From the NCBI GenBank assembly GCA_964016885.1, contig OZ024744.1, positions 50,344,001 through 50,408,000 on the forward strand: DNA of 64,000 nt, given 5' to 3'. Origin of the DNA: Eledone cirrhosa. Taxonomy: Eukaryota. Below the pieces are notes generated by a model. That model worked only from the letters and a program-made list of their open reading frames with translations. It did no database searches and was not told the DNA's origin. Position numbers and translations under genes: made by a program. Below, piece by piece: positions 1 to 12,102 of the stretch (within the stretch, counting starts at the first letter, position 1; each line of letters starts with the position of its first letter).

Positions 1-1114
1 CTTTAGCCAGAGACATCGGAGCATTACGCTAGCAACTAGCTATGTAAGAATTCACTGCTATCAATAGACCCCATGAAGTCTACAGATACACACAGAGAGA
101 TTGGAGCCCTACTACTACAGACCATGTACAAGCCACAGTGGTCTACAACCAATCACAGACCATTCAGAGGTATGCAAACCATTACTCTCTCTCACTCACT
201 ATGGTCTCAACTATTACCACGGACTCCAACAACAACAACAACATAATCTGTTCGCTCGCTGTGTTCACATCAAAAACATTGTCAACCTTAACAACTCTTG
301 GTAACTATTTTTATATGTACTTTTTAACTGATTCACGTGAAGTAAACCATATATAAACCAAATCATTTATTCTTTATATTCTCGTTATTACATTTATACT
401 TATTATTATAGTTATTTCATCTAACAACTTTGTTATTATCATATCAACTAATAACCACATATAACCATTCTATATAAATTACTTATTTCATACACTTCGT
501 TAAACACAGACCCTGTGGGTCTCCACTCCCCTTTCTCTCTGCCAAACCAGCGAAATTCATTCCATCAACAGAAGTTTGCTAAATACATTTTTGATAATCC
601 CTTTACAAGCAAACATACATGCTCATCATACCTGATACATAACATAACACAATTCATCTGTGGTTATTTGTTGTTTGTGTATTGTCATTTATCTTCGACG
701 AAAGTTATATTCAATAAATTAGTAACATAGTGGCTTTGTGTTATTTAATTTCCTACGTGATCAAGGTAAATTACTTACCCAAGGAACCATCACATCATCA
801 ACATCATCATCATCATAATGAATACTTACTTACTTGCACACCTGCAATCTCTAGTCACACTGTATCAGGCACCTCAATCTTCCCTCACCTACACTGTCCG
901 CCACAGTGGCCACACCAGTGAGCTATCCACAAGTGAATATATATACAACAACCGAATCAACACCACAATACAACCATCCATCCTAGCATTCGACTCGCTA
1001 TATATACACCAGGTCCAAACACAATGGAACCAAACTCCCCCTGTCACTGCCTCAGTCTCTCCCGTTCTCCCCATCTCTCACTATTATGAGCAAATGGGGG
1101 TCATGTGCTGGTCT

Positions 1115-1248
1115 CCCGCGACCCCGGCAGACAGAATAGAGAAGGTGTTTCCCCGGAGGATGGTAAGGGAGACACGCTGGGAGAGCCATTACAGGTCGCG
1201 TGGCTCACACTCTGAAGCGATGGTGGTTATTAGAGAGGTAAGAGGCCG
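1115..1248 (-). mobile_element. 3' fragment of CRE-clade non-LTR retrotransposon (RLE C-terminus)
   Basis: Aligns by eye to 35760-35910; minus strand reads CEPRDL*WLSQRVSLTILRGNTFSILSAG. Confidence 0.75.
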
Positions 1249-1292
1249 GATTGATCTATGGAACCTTTACACTGCATAGTCGTCAAACTATA

Positions 1293-2232
1293 AGAGGATG
1301 CTTCAAAAAGTTCGTGTAAAAAGGACAGTTAGAAAACACGGTTTAAGTTATAATTATGTGTATTCTTTTTTCTTACATCTTCAACTGATTGAAAATGGGT
1401 ACCTTTCAATGATTTTTTAAGGTTTGGAAACAAAAAGAAGTTGGATGGGGCTAAATCGGTACTGTAAAGTGGGTGTCAGATGATTTTTCATCGAAATTCG
1501 TGTTACATAGCTCGTGTCTGTCGAGCGCCGTTAGCGGGCGCATTGTCCTGGCAGAAGAGGACGTTTTTCCGCGATTTTCTTGGCCAGTTTTCTCAAAATT
1601 CCTTCATATTATGCAGCTATAATTGTTCTCTTCTCGAGGAAGTCAGCCAGCAAAATCCCCTTTACATCCCAGAAGACAGTGGCCATGACATTCCCTCTTG
1701 AGCACTTCGATTTTGCCTTGACTGGCCCACTTCCATCCGCGGGCAGCCACTGCTTCGATTGAGTTTTGTCCTCAGGATCGTATTGGTAGAGTCACGTTTC
1801 ATCCCCGGTAACAAATCTCTGCGGAAAAGCTTCAGGGTCTTCATCCCACTTGTTCAAAGTACCCTGCCATTGTGGGGATCATCTTCAACCTTATCTCTTC
1901 CACGTCTAAAACGACTTATCCATTTGTAGGTTGTTGATTTCTTTGGAGCATTGTCTCCATAAACTTGCTCCAGAGCGTCAATGATTTGGCTGCTCTTCCA
2001 CCCTAGCTTGAATTTGATGTTTTCCTTGGTCTCAATTTTGACGGAGGCCATGTTTCTCGGGCGGGTACTGACTTCCAGCTGGTGGTGCCACATTTCAACT
2101 TGCATTTAAGGATTCATGCCAGAACATGTTATGACACGTTAGTACGAGAACGTACAAGTACATTAAGATTAAAATCCCAGTTTACGATTTGAAGCTATGT
2201 ACTTTTTCCACAAACTTTTTGAAGCCCTCTCG
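1293..2232 (-). mobile_element. Degenerate, internally deleted mariner DNA transposon (Hsmar2/irritans-like)
   Basis: Imperfect TIRs (agaggatgcttcaaaaagttcgtg / cacaaactttttgaagccctctcg) each flanked by TA. Transposase pieces: KLGWKSSQIIDALEQVYGDNAPKKS, VTGDET*LYQYDPEDKTQSKQW, MATVFWD, QDNAP, YSTDLAPS. Confidence 0.92.
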
Positions 2233-2254
2233 TATTTATATATAAAGTATAATG

Positions 2255-2780
2255 AAAGAAACTGAGACATTCTTCCTCTCTAGGAAGCCTGTGCAGTTCA
2301 CTCTACATGTGAATGAAGTTCCACTGAAGCAGGTGGAGAAGTTCAAGTATCTTCGGACCGTATTCACGAGTGGTGGAAGACAGGAGGCTGAATTAAGTAC
2401 AAGAATTGCAAGAGCTAGTGTAGTAATGCGCCAGATTCAACATTCAGTAATCAGGGAGGTAGGTGTAAAAACCAAACTCACTATCTTCAATTCAGTATTC
2501 GTGCCAACCTTTACCTTTGGTCATGAATCTTAGGTAATGACTGAAAACATATCATCGTGAATACAAGCGACCAAAATGGGGTTCCTCCAAAGGGTCTTTG
2601 GTGTAATGTTACTCAATAGAATGCATAGCTCGGGGATCAGAGAGTCACTCCTGGTAGAGCTGCTACTTCTCTGAATTGAGAGATCACAGCCCCGATACTA
2701 TGGGAATGTGGTTAGAAAGTCTCAGGAAAGAATCACTGGAAAGATTTTAAGGGCAAAACCAACTGGCAGGACACCAAGCA
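2255..2780 (+). mobile_element. RTE-clade LINE 3' coding fragment (Expander/Rex3-like)
   Basis: LKQVEKFKYL...RIARAS...KLTIFNSVFVPTFTFGHES, continuing through stops to IERSQPRYYGNVVR. Confidence 0.8.
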
Positions 2781-3003
2781 TGATGGTTGGGAATTTCATT
2801 ATGCAAAAGAATGACCATACACTGGCAATAAATCTGTGGTAAAAAAAAAATAACCCCTTAAGTAGTCACATTACAACATGTGCAGCAATGGACTTAAAAT
2901 CTGCTGAGTTCCAATTACAGAACAGTAAGGAATTAATAAATAAAATAATTTATTAACAAATATTAGCCACACTTAAGTGTATAATGTTCCCATTAGATAT
3001 CAA

Positions 3004-3188
3004 ATAATTGTTTCTACTTTTGGCACAAGGCCAGCAATTATACTAGTAATGTACTGGTACTTTATTTTATCGACCCCGTAAGGATGAAAGGCAAAGTGAA
3101 CCTCGGCGGGATTTGAACTCAGACCGTAAAGGGACGTAACTATGCTGGAAAGCATGGCGTTCGACTCTCTACCGATACTGCCAAGCCC
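3004..3188 (-). mobile_element. tRNA-derived SINE with Meta-like central domain
   Basis: A box tggcagtatcgg, B box gagttcaaatc, central gcctttcatccttacggggtcgataaaataaagtaccag, AAT tail; about 7 copies in window. Confidence 0.85.
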
Positions 3189-4394
3189 AAATAATAATCT
3201 ATAGACGTCAACAACAAAATTGGTTAACTCTAAATATAAGATACTTATATTCTTATGTACCCATACAAAGAAAAAAGAATACACATAATTCTCACAAGAG
3301 ACCCAGTGGTAAACCCTGAGCAAGATGGTTGGATAACATCCATGAGCTTGGCTGGTCTCGTTTGGGGATCCAGTTTGAAGACTCTTCTCCCACAACCCTC
3401 TCAGAAGGAAGGGGAGGAGGAGGATATTTATATTTGTGTTTATATTTTCATTCTGAAAGAATTGTGAACAATTTGTAATGTTATTTATACAATTGTGAAT
3501 AAAATTTACAATTTAAATTAAAAAAATAAAAATAATTCTGTTATTGGGTGGAATAATGTGAGAAAATATATTTATATATAAATATATAGTATGATACCTC
3601 TGATATCTTGTGGTATGGAGGACTTCTCTCTTGACTGAATTACTTGTAGTGTTAATATAACAAAGTTTTATTTGAGGGAGGAGTTGTATCTTTTTCCTTT
3701 TTAGATTATGTTGTTTTGCTTTGGCAGGTATATTGTCTGCAATATTTGTTTATATGCGTCTACACTGCTCTGTCAGATATGATATATAATGTTTAAAAAA
3801 ATCTTTCAATTTCCTTAAAGTATACAAATTAATTTAACTTTGTAAAATAATACATATTTATATATGTATTTGTTTAGTCAATACTGATTGATTATTTTTG
3901 TATGTTTATTTTGTCATATTATTTTTGTCATATTGCTTAAGTAGTTATTTAGAATATTTTAATCATAACACATGTAGTCTATAGTCAAAAAATTATCTTG
4001 ATTATCATAGACATTGTCCCCACTCGCCCTCCCTACTCTCCACCATAACAAATTCCAATCAAAAACAAGACCGTGATATAAATCTAACCACATTATGCAC
4101 ACACCTCCTTACTCATGGAGGCAACCATCTTCTAATCCTAATAACCCCGCTCCCCTGAAAACAATCCTATTGCTAATTTAGCAACCACTAACACATGTAA
4201 ATAGCATTGACCAGTAAGTAATATCAATAATGAACAAGGTCACGATGCAAACACCGGATCGGGCAGAAATAACTGGTGCAAAGACACCCACCACCAGGAA
4301 AGCTGTATGCCACACCCAAGACTTCAGAGTGGCAACCATCAATGTAGGTCAAGTGAGATTGTGTGTTACTGCTGTGAGCCAGGCTCCCATACTG

Positions 4395-5210
4395 TGGTCC
4401 CGCACCTATTCTTTCTCATAGCGGTGTCATCCAGTATCGGGTCCCTCAACTACGGTTACGCTGTGTGGTGGGTTTGGCACAGTCAGATGACCTGTCTCTC
4501 CTCACGGTGGAGCCATCCAATATTGGGCCACGAAACTATAGCTACGCTGTGAGTTGGGTTAGGCTCCTCGTAATAGTGCCATCCAGTACTGGGTTCCAAC
4601 TGGTCTCTTTGCATAGTGGGTCCATCCAATGCCAGTCACCCCAAAAGGTGTTTTCATACTGAGAAATGTTTGTCACATGGTGGAGTCACATGTAGTTACC
4701 TGGTTTCGTATTGAGAAGTGTACATCATGTGGAAAGTGCCCGACTCTGAAACTGGTGTGCTGCTGTGAGAAGGGTTTGGCGCGGCCAACTGGCATGTCCC
4801 TCCTCCTAGCGGTATCACTGGACCCTTCGCATAGTGATGCCATCCAATGCCAGGCTCTAAAACTGTGGTTCCACACCTGTCCCTCCTCATAGCGGTGCCA
4901 CCCAGTACCTGGGCTCCAAAACTATGGTTCCACTGTGTGATGGGTTGGGTTCCAAAACCATGGTTACATTGTGAGATGGGTTCAGCCAACTGGCCTGTCC
5001 CTCCTCATGACGGCATGACGGAGCCATCCAGTTCCACACTGTAAACATAGTTGATGTTAGAAAGGGCATCCAGCTGTAAAATCTACACTCCTCGCCGGAG
5101 CAAGGTGCGACACATGGCCAACCCTGGCCAGACTTGTCTCCAGGTGTGGACAACCCATCTAACCCTTGCAAAGAATTGACATTAAATGGAAATGATGATG
5201 ATGGTGATGA
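4395..5210 (+). repeat. Degenerate GC-rich tandem repeat ending in RTE-type SINE/LINE tail with (GAT)n
   Basis: Recurring ctcctcatagcggtgccatccagtactggg-like motif; tail gttagaaagggcatccagctgta...gatgatgat. Confidence 0.55.
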
Positions 5211-6136
5211 TATTTGTTTACACTGCTTTGTGAGATATAATATAATATAATGTTTAAAGGTTTAGATTTGGATGCTTTATTATTTAATATTGGATAAGCT
5301 ATGGGAGTTAACTACAGTTCATTTTTTAATTCATTTATTCATTAGTGCTATGCTCAATGTATGTTTTAGTGTGTGAAGTTTTTATGTAAAGGAAATAGAT
5401 TTTCTGAGCAAGTGAAGTATGTGAGTTCTCTGCCCTTGTTTTTTACAGCAACCATTGGACGTTATAGGCTTCTCTTTTAGCTTGAGACAGCTTTGTAATT
5501 GAATGGAAGACCAGTATAGAGATATAATATTTTATTATTTAGTTCTGTTTGTAGAATTTGATTTTCAATTTAATTTATTTAGTCTACTTTTACGTTGTTA
5601 GGTTGAATGGTGAATTTTAACATTTTAGTGTTGATTTAGTTAAATTCATTTTATTGCTGGTTCTGAATTTAATGATTTATTCTGAATTATATTTTCTTTA
5701 CTAGGTTTATGGATTGATTTTTATATTGTGCCAATATAAGAAACCACTATTTCAGGTTTTAGTTAATATTTATTTTCTTAGAAGATAGAGTTTTGAAATA
5801 AATAGACGACAGCCGTTGAGTTTAATAGCTCTGTGTTTATTGTTCAGTAGTTATCAATATTAAGTGCTTTGCAAAGTATATGGTACTAATGTATCTGTTA
5901 AATTCCACTATTGATGGAAACCAGATATTTAGAGCAATTGTGCATAACAGCTCTTGTCTTCTTAGTTGGGGCTGGTTTTTATTATGTTATAGTCTTTCTT
6001 TGAGATGTTTAAATTTGGTTTAGATTTATGTCTTGGTTATGACTTTGTGGTTTTGTGAATTGATTTTGCTTGAGGTGGACGCTGTTTTTTTTATGTTAAA
6101 TGTATCATCTGGCTGAGTATTTTGCGTACTGTAATC

Positions 6137-6450
6137 ATTGATTTCCAGAAGGCTTTTGACAGTGTGGACAGAACTACAATCTTTAAAATCTTGCAAGAGA
6201 AAATCATTGCTGCAATTGAATACCTATACATTAATCAAATGTCTATATCAAGTATCAAGGGAAAACAATCCCTTCAAATTGTATATGACGAAAGGCATTG
6301 AGCTCGCATCTGGTATCAAGTTATCAAACCTGACATTCGCAGATGACATTGTTTTAATTGTACCTTCAATAGAGAAAGCAGATCATTTAAATCACATGCA
6401 CACACTGTTGGCCTGAAACTAAATGTTGCAAAAACTGAGTACATGTGTTT
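6137..6450 (+). mobile_element. Internally deleted LINE RT fragment
   Basis: IDFQKAFDSVDR; LSNLTFADDIVLI; GLKLNVAKTEYM. Confidence 0.7.
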
Positions 6451-6629
6451 AAACATTTACTCTGGTTGGTTTTCTATAGCTGGATGCTTTTCCTAACGCC
6501 AACCACATTTACAGTGTGGACTGGGAGCCCTTTTACCGTGTCTCCTATATGACCACTTTACAGTGTGATATATATATATATCATCATCATCATCATTATC
6601 ATCGTTTAATGTCCATCTTCCACACTATA

Positions 6630-7503
6630 TATAACAAATAATGGTAGTTAAGAGGGGGTTAAATGACCATAATTGTTTATTGCATTATATATATTTCTGT
6701 TACATGGTTATTCATCAGAGTCTTACGTAATCATTGGTGTAGTTATGAAATCATTGTAATATGCCGGTAGCCATGCACATCCATCCAGTAGTGAAGTGGT
6801 TCGGCATATGGGTCTTCTGTTTGTTAAGTTCTAGCAGTTTTTGTATTAGTTTTCTGTTTGGTTATTTTAGACTTCAAGAATTTTCTAGTTTTTGACTGGC
6901 CTGTGGCTACTCTCAGCATGTGGTCTAGCGATTCATCCGCATTCTTTAGGTATTTCGTTTTTGGACAGGTGTCGTTATGTCTGGTGATATAGGCAGTTAG
7001 AGTTTTTGTTTTAGTTTTATGATCTCTGTTCAGCCTCTACTTAGGTCAACCAGGGTAAGGCTACTCTGACAAAATCAACATTAACAGTAATGACAACGAT
7101 GTTTACAGTATATAAAACGATGATAGTGGTGTTAGAATATAATGTAAATATAATCATTCACTCACACTTATATATACAGATCACATATACACATACACAC
7201 ATCTACATGTTTATATACATACACATACTCACATATACATTCCTAGATATGTATACGCGTATATTTACACATATTTCTACATGTACAGAGAGGTACATAT
7301 ATTTTTTGACATAGAGAAAATCCATATGCTGATCTACTTCATCACGGGATGGATGTGCATGGCCACCGGCATATCACAACAATTGCATAACTGTACCAAT
7401 GATTATGTAAGCATCTGACAAAGTCACATAAATAACCATCTAACAGAAATATATATAAATATATGGCGATTTAATCCTGTCTTAGCTACCATTATTTGAT
7501 AAA
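6630..7503. repeat. Inverted pair (about 6630-6820 / 7315-7503) of putative PLE pseudo-LTR with degenerate hammerhead
   Basis: atgccggtagccatgcacatccatcc vs ggatggatgtgcatggccaccggcat; minus arm has CTGATGA...GAAAtatataTAatgc. Confidence 0.6.
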
Positions 7504-7521
7504 TGAATACTCTATCATTCA

Positions 7522-8017
7522 CTAGCAGTGGTACTCGGCGTTGCACGGGATAAGGTATTTTGGGACGCGGGCTGCTAACAGACCTAATTGTGGAAAAACT
7601 GCATGCGTGGACAATATATAAAGAAAATAAACCGAATACTCTGATGGCTGGATAATCTTTAAGATTATCCTCGATGAAGCAGGAAAAATGCAGGTTTTCA
7701 CCTAATGCGAGCCCTAGGGGATCAAGAAAATGAATCTATTTTATGTGCATAATATGCCTTGAAATTTCGGGAAAATCGGCTAGACGTAACGCCTCCAAAA
7801 AGCCCTAAAAAGCTGAAAAAATGAAGTTTTTCACCTAATGCGGGCCCTAGGTCATAAAAAGTTGGATTTTCTTTGCTCACGGTATGAAGAAGAGACTGAC
7901 TAATACATAGTTACAATTTCAAGGAAATCAGTCTGACGTAACGCCTCAAAAAAACCATAAAAAGTTGAAAAAAACGCAGTTTTCTCCCTAATGTGGGCAC
8001 TAGGGGATCAAAAAGTC
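7522..8017 (-). mobile_element. Non-autonomous Helitron, 3' part
   Basis: Reverse complement of about 28355-28849; subterminal hairpin followed by CTAG terminus. Confidence 0.75.
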
Positions 8018-9590
8018 CTGACTACCAACAACTCGTGCTCTCCACCATCGACGAGCTTATCTCCTCCTCTCTCCTACCCCCTACAGCCACCAGCCTTATA
8101 GTACACACCCCTCGCACACACAACATTTACTTCCTCCCCAAAGTACACAAACAAAATAATCCCAGCCGTCCTATCGTTTCCACCTGCAACTGCCCAACCG
8201 AAATCATCTCTGAATACTTAGATACCCTCCTCATCCCGTTAGTCATCAACCTCCCCTCACACATCCACGATACAAATCGTGCCCTTAGGCTCTTCAACTC
8301 CTTCTCCTTCCCTCCTGGCCCCTCTCGCCTTCTCTTCACCTTGGACATTATCTCTCTCTATACTGTCATCCCTCATGATGACGGCCTCCACACTCTGCGA
8401 TACCTTTTAGACTTACACCCTACTCCTTACCCCAGCATTACCACTCTTCTCCATCTGGCTGAGCTTGTTTTGACCCTCAATGGGTTTTCCTTTCTAGTGA
8501 ATTCTATCAGCAGGTCTCTGGGGTAGTGTCCCAATTCCTCCGTCTTCATTGGCTATGTAGCCAGCACCACAATTTCAAAACCTATTCTCTTCACATGGCC
8601 TCCCGCTTCATCCAGCATGGATATCCTCTGACCCTGATCCAAGCTGCTCTCACCCATGCCCATGAAACCGAGCGTACCACAGCCCTCTCACCCCACCTTG
8701 CCCTTCCAGCAGCCACCTTCCTTTCCCTCTCATCTACCACCCCATTACCCTACCTCTCCAGTGACACATTCTCTGTTCCTTCCGCTCCCTCTCTTCTGAC
8801 CCCTTCACTTCTCGCTTTTTTCCTAACTCACCTATCACCGCATTTACACACGCCTTCCATAACCTCCTGGGACACAGTTCCTTCTTGTCTTCTCCTATGA
8901 CACCACCCGGCTCTTATCCTTGTTCTCGTCCCCGCTGTAACACTTGTCCTTTCATTTACTGCCTTGGGTCCTGTTTCCCTCATGGACTCAACTCCTCTCC
9001 CCAATTTCTTTAATACCCCGTCCATTATCACACATGCGCTTGTACATTCACCTCTAGATTCCTATGGCTCTCTTATGGTCAGAAAGATAAACTCTTACAG
9101 CTGACACAGACCAACAAAATATGCACACTCTACTTTTCCCTTCACAGCTCTGTATATATACGCACACACCCTTATATCAACATACTTTTGCTCACAGCCT
9201 CATACTTACAAGCACACACATACTCTTTTACTTACATATACAGACGTATAATAACACACGTACGGATGTATAATAACACACACACACACACGCATACGCA
9301 CGCGCACATGAATAGCTCTAAAAAACAAAACGTTTTTTTTTCCATTTCAGGTAGACACGCTCGATCATCGACTTTTCTAAAAATGTATATCATACACAAA
9401 ACACCAGCCTCAACAAGTTTCCAAGAGATGGCAACATGAATTGACCTGTTATTTTTCTCTAAAAACATATTCTGTTCCGCCTGTCCCTTCAATCTTTATA
9501 ATTTCTCATTCTTTCTTCTGATGAAGGATTAGCGTCTGAAAAGTAAAGACCCTTTTCCTGCTTTTTCAAGCATTAAACTAATATATTCCA
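8018..9590 (+). mobile_element. Penelope-like element remnant (Neptune-like), internally deleted
   Basis: IYFLPKVHK..RPIVSTCNCPTE..LFTLDIISLYTVIPH..LAELVLTLNGFSF; thumb SQFLRL..CS..GYP; Cys linker CSRPRCNTC; degenerate hammerhead ctgatgaagg..gaaa near 9517. Confidence 0.85.
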
Positions 9591-9640
9591 TCCATATACT
9601 GTACCGATTGTGTTGTTATTTCTGTTTACCTTTTACATAT

Positions 9641-9756
<116 letters not shown>

Positions 9757-9826
9757 ATATGTATATATATTCATTTATTGATTTATTTATATATGTGTGT
9801 GTGTGTACGCGCGTGTCTGTGTGTAA

Positions 9827-10195
9827 GTGATTATAATGGAATATTCCACTATTAATTTTGGTAAGGTGTGAAAAGCCAATGTGTGCTTAAGGTCTTCAAT
9901 ACATAAGGAATTCACAAAAATCGAAATAGTGTACTGAAGGTTAGTTCTTGCTGATGGCGAGGGCGACAGAGCAGAAATATTTAAAGTGAAAAAGGTTTTT
10001 AAATCAAATCTATCTTTAATGACTACAATCATTTCTACACAGGTGATAAGCTATTAATTTGTAGGGAAATATATTTACTTCAAGATGGTAATAAAGCCTA
10101 TATATATATACAAAATACTGTTAGTTTCTCAATTGATATATATTTTTTTAATATATCGTTTAAACACACACACACTCACACACACATACACACAC

Positions 10196-10227
<32 letters not shown>

Positions 10228-10895
10228 ATGAATATATATGTATATGTGTTTTTGTATGTGTGCATGTGTGTAACAGGAGTAATTTGTTGAAAGATCAAAT
10301 TAATAAAGTTTTACCAAGCTCAAGCTTTTTCAACAATCGTATGTAATTCATTGGTGAACAAATGCAGATTTGTTATACAAATGTTAGTACATAGACCATT
10401 TAAATAATAAATCCAGGAATATTCAGATGGAATTTAAGACATTTTTATTCAAATGAAATATGAAGAATATGGTTAATGGAAGATTTTCAATTAAGCTGCA
10501 TTCCAGTATATAGAAGTTAAACCATATAATAGGATCCTAGCATAAAACCAAAATCTTACCTGAACACATATTTTCTACATCTCATTTTTATCTTCAGAGA
10601 CATTTAAAAATATACTTAAATTATAGGAGAAACAAGTCTCTTTGTGAAAAATGATTGAGCATCACAATATCCTTATCATAACTCTGTGTGTGTGTGCACG
10701 TGTGTGTGTGTGAGTGATTATAATGGAATATTCGACTATTAATTTTGGTAAAGTTTGAAAAGCTCAATGTGTGCTTAAGGTCTACTGTACGTAAGGAATT
10801 CACAATAATTGAAATAATCAACTGAAGGTTAAAGTTAAAGACAGTGCGGGTGACAGAGCAGAAATATTTAAAGTGAAGAGAAACAAGGTTTTTAA
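9827..10895 (+). repeat. About 180-bp dispersed direct repeat (9827-10005 / 10713-10895)
   Basis: gtgattataatggaatatt...aatgtgtgcttaaggtct...gacagagcagaaatatttaaagtgaa occurs twice. Confidence 0.75.
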
Positions 10896-10935
10896 ATTAA
10901 GGAACATTACATTTAAAGTGAGAGGGGGAGCAATA

Positions 10936-11333
<398 letters not shown>

Positions 11334-11362
11334 TTTATATATATATATATATATATATATGC

Positions 11363-11517
<155 letters not shown>

Positions 11518-11605
11518 CAACAAATTGAGATGACAGATAAAAGATCTTAAAACATTTAATTATTTAGAATTGTTTCTATTGTGGCAGGATAGACATAATA
11601 GACAA

Positions 11606-11805
11606 ATAATAATAAGGATTTCTACTAAAGACACAAGGCCAGCAATTTGGGGAGGGAGGAAAGTCGATTATGTTTACCCCAATGCATTACAGGTACTTTA
11701 TTTTATCAAGCTTGGTGAGATTTGAAAGCAGAATGAAAAGGGCTGTAACTATATGTTGCAAAGCATGGTGTCAAATGCTCTAATGATACTGCCAATCCTC
11801 CGCCC

Positions 11806-11807
<2 letters not shown>
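11606..11807 (-). mobile_element. Meta-like SINE, older variant, flanked by (AAT)n
   Basis: Same head (gcggaggattggcagtatc) and tail (ggccttgtgtc..agtagaaa) as other copies. Confidence 0.75.
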
Positions 11808-11859
<52 letters not shown>

Positions 11860-12102
11860 TTTTCTTTATTAACCACAAGGGTTCACATAAAGTAGACATT
11901 AAGGACAGTACAGGACAATACAGGACGGTACAAATGGGCATTTCTGCGTGTAAAAAAAACAGAGGTTGAAATAAAATAACAAAGAAAAATTCCCCAATAG
12001 GGGGGAGACTTCCAAGGGACATTTGTGGAGAAAGCCCATTAAAAGACCACAGTGGCCCTGACCACCAGGGCAAGTGCCCTCTCCCAGTTTTCCACCTTTA
12101 AT

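Noticed and set aside
1-800. Possible LINE or PLE 3' remnant
   Set aside because: Only faint motif resemblance; no convincing translation or terminus
4395-5030. CRISPR-like repeat/spacer array
   Set aside because: Eukaryotic context, repeats are diverged, intervening sequences are related to each other, and there are no cas genes
3500-6125. Possible ancient L1-like remnant on the minus strand (QPDDT near 6110)
   Set aside because: Too decayed to support by eye
10555-10690. Minus-strand CAG|GTAAG donor and DIVMLNH peptide as USP exon 2
   Set aside because: A stop lies between the peptide and the donor, and there is no suitable acceptor or Trp-completing start
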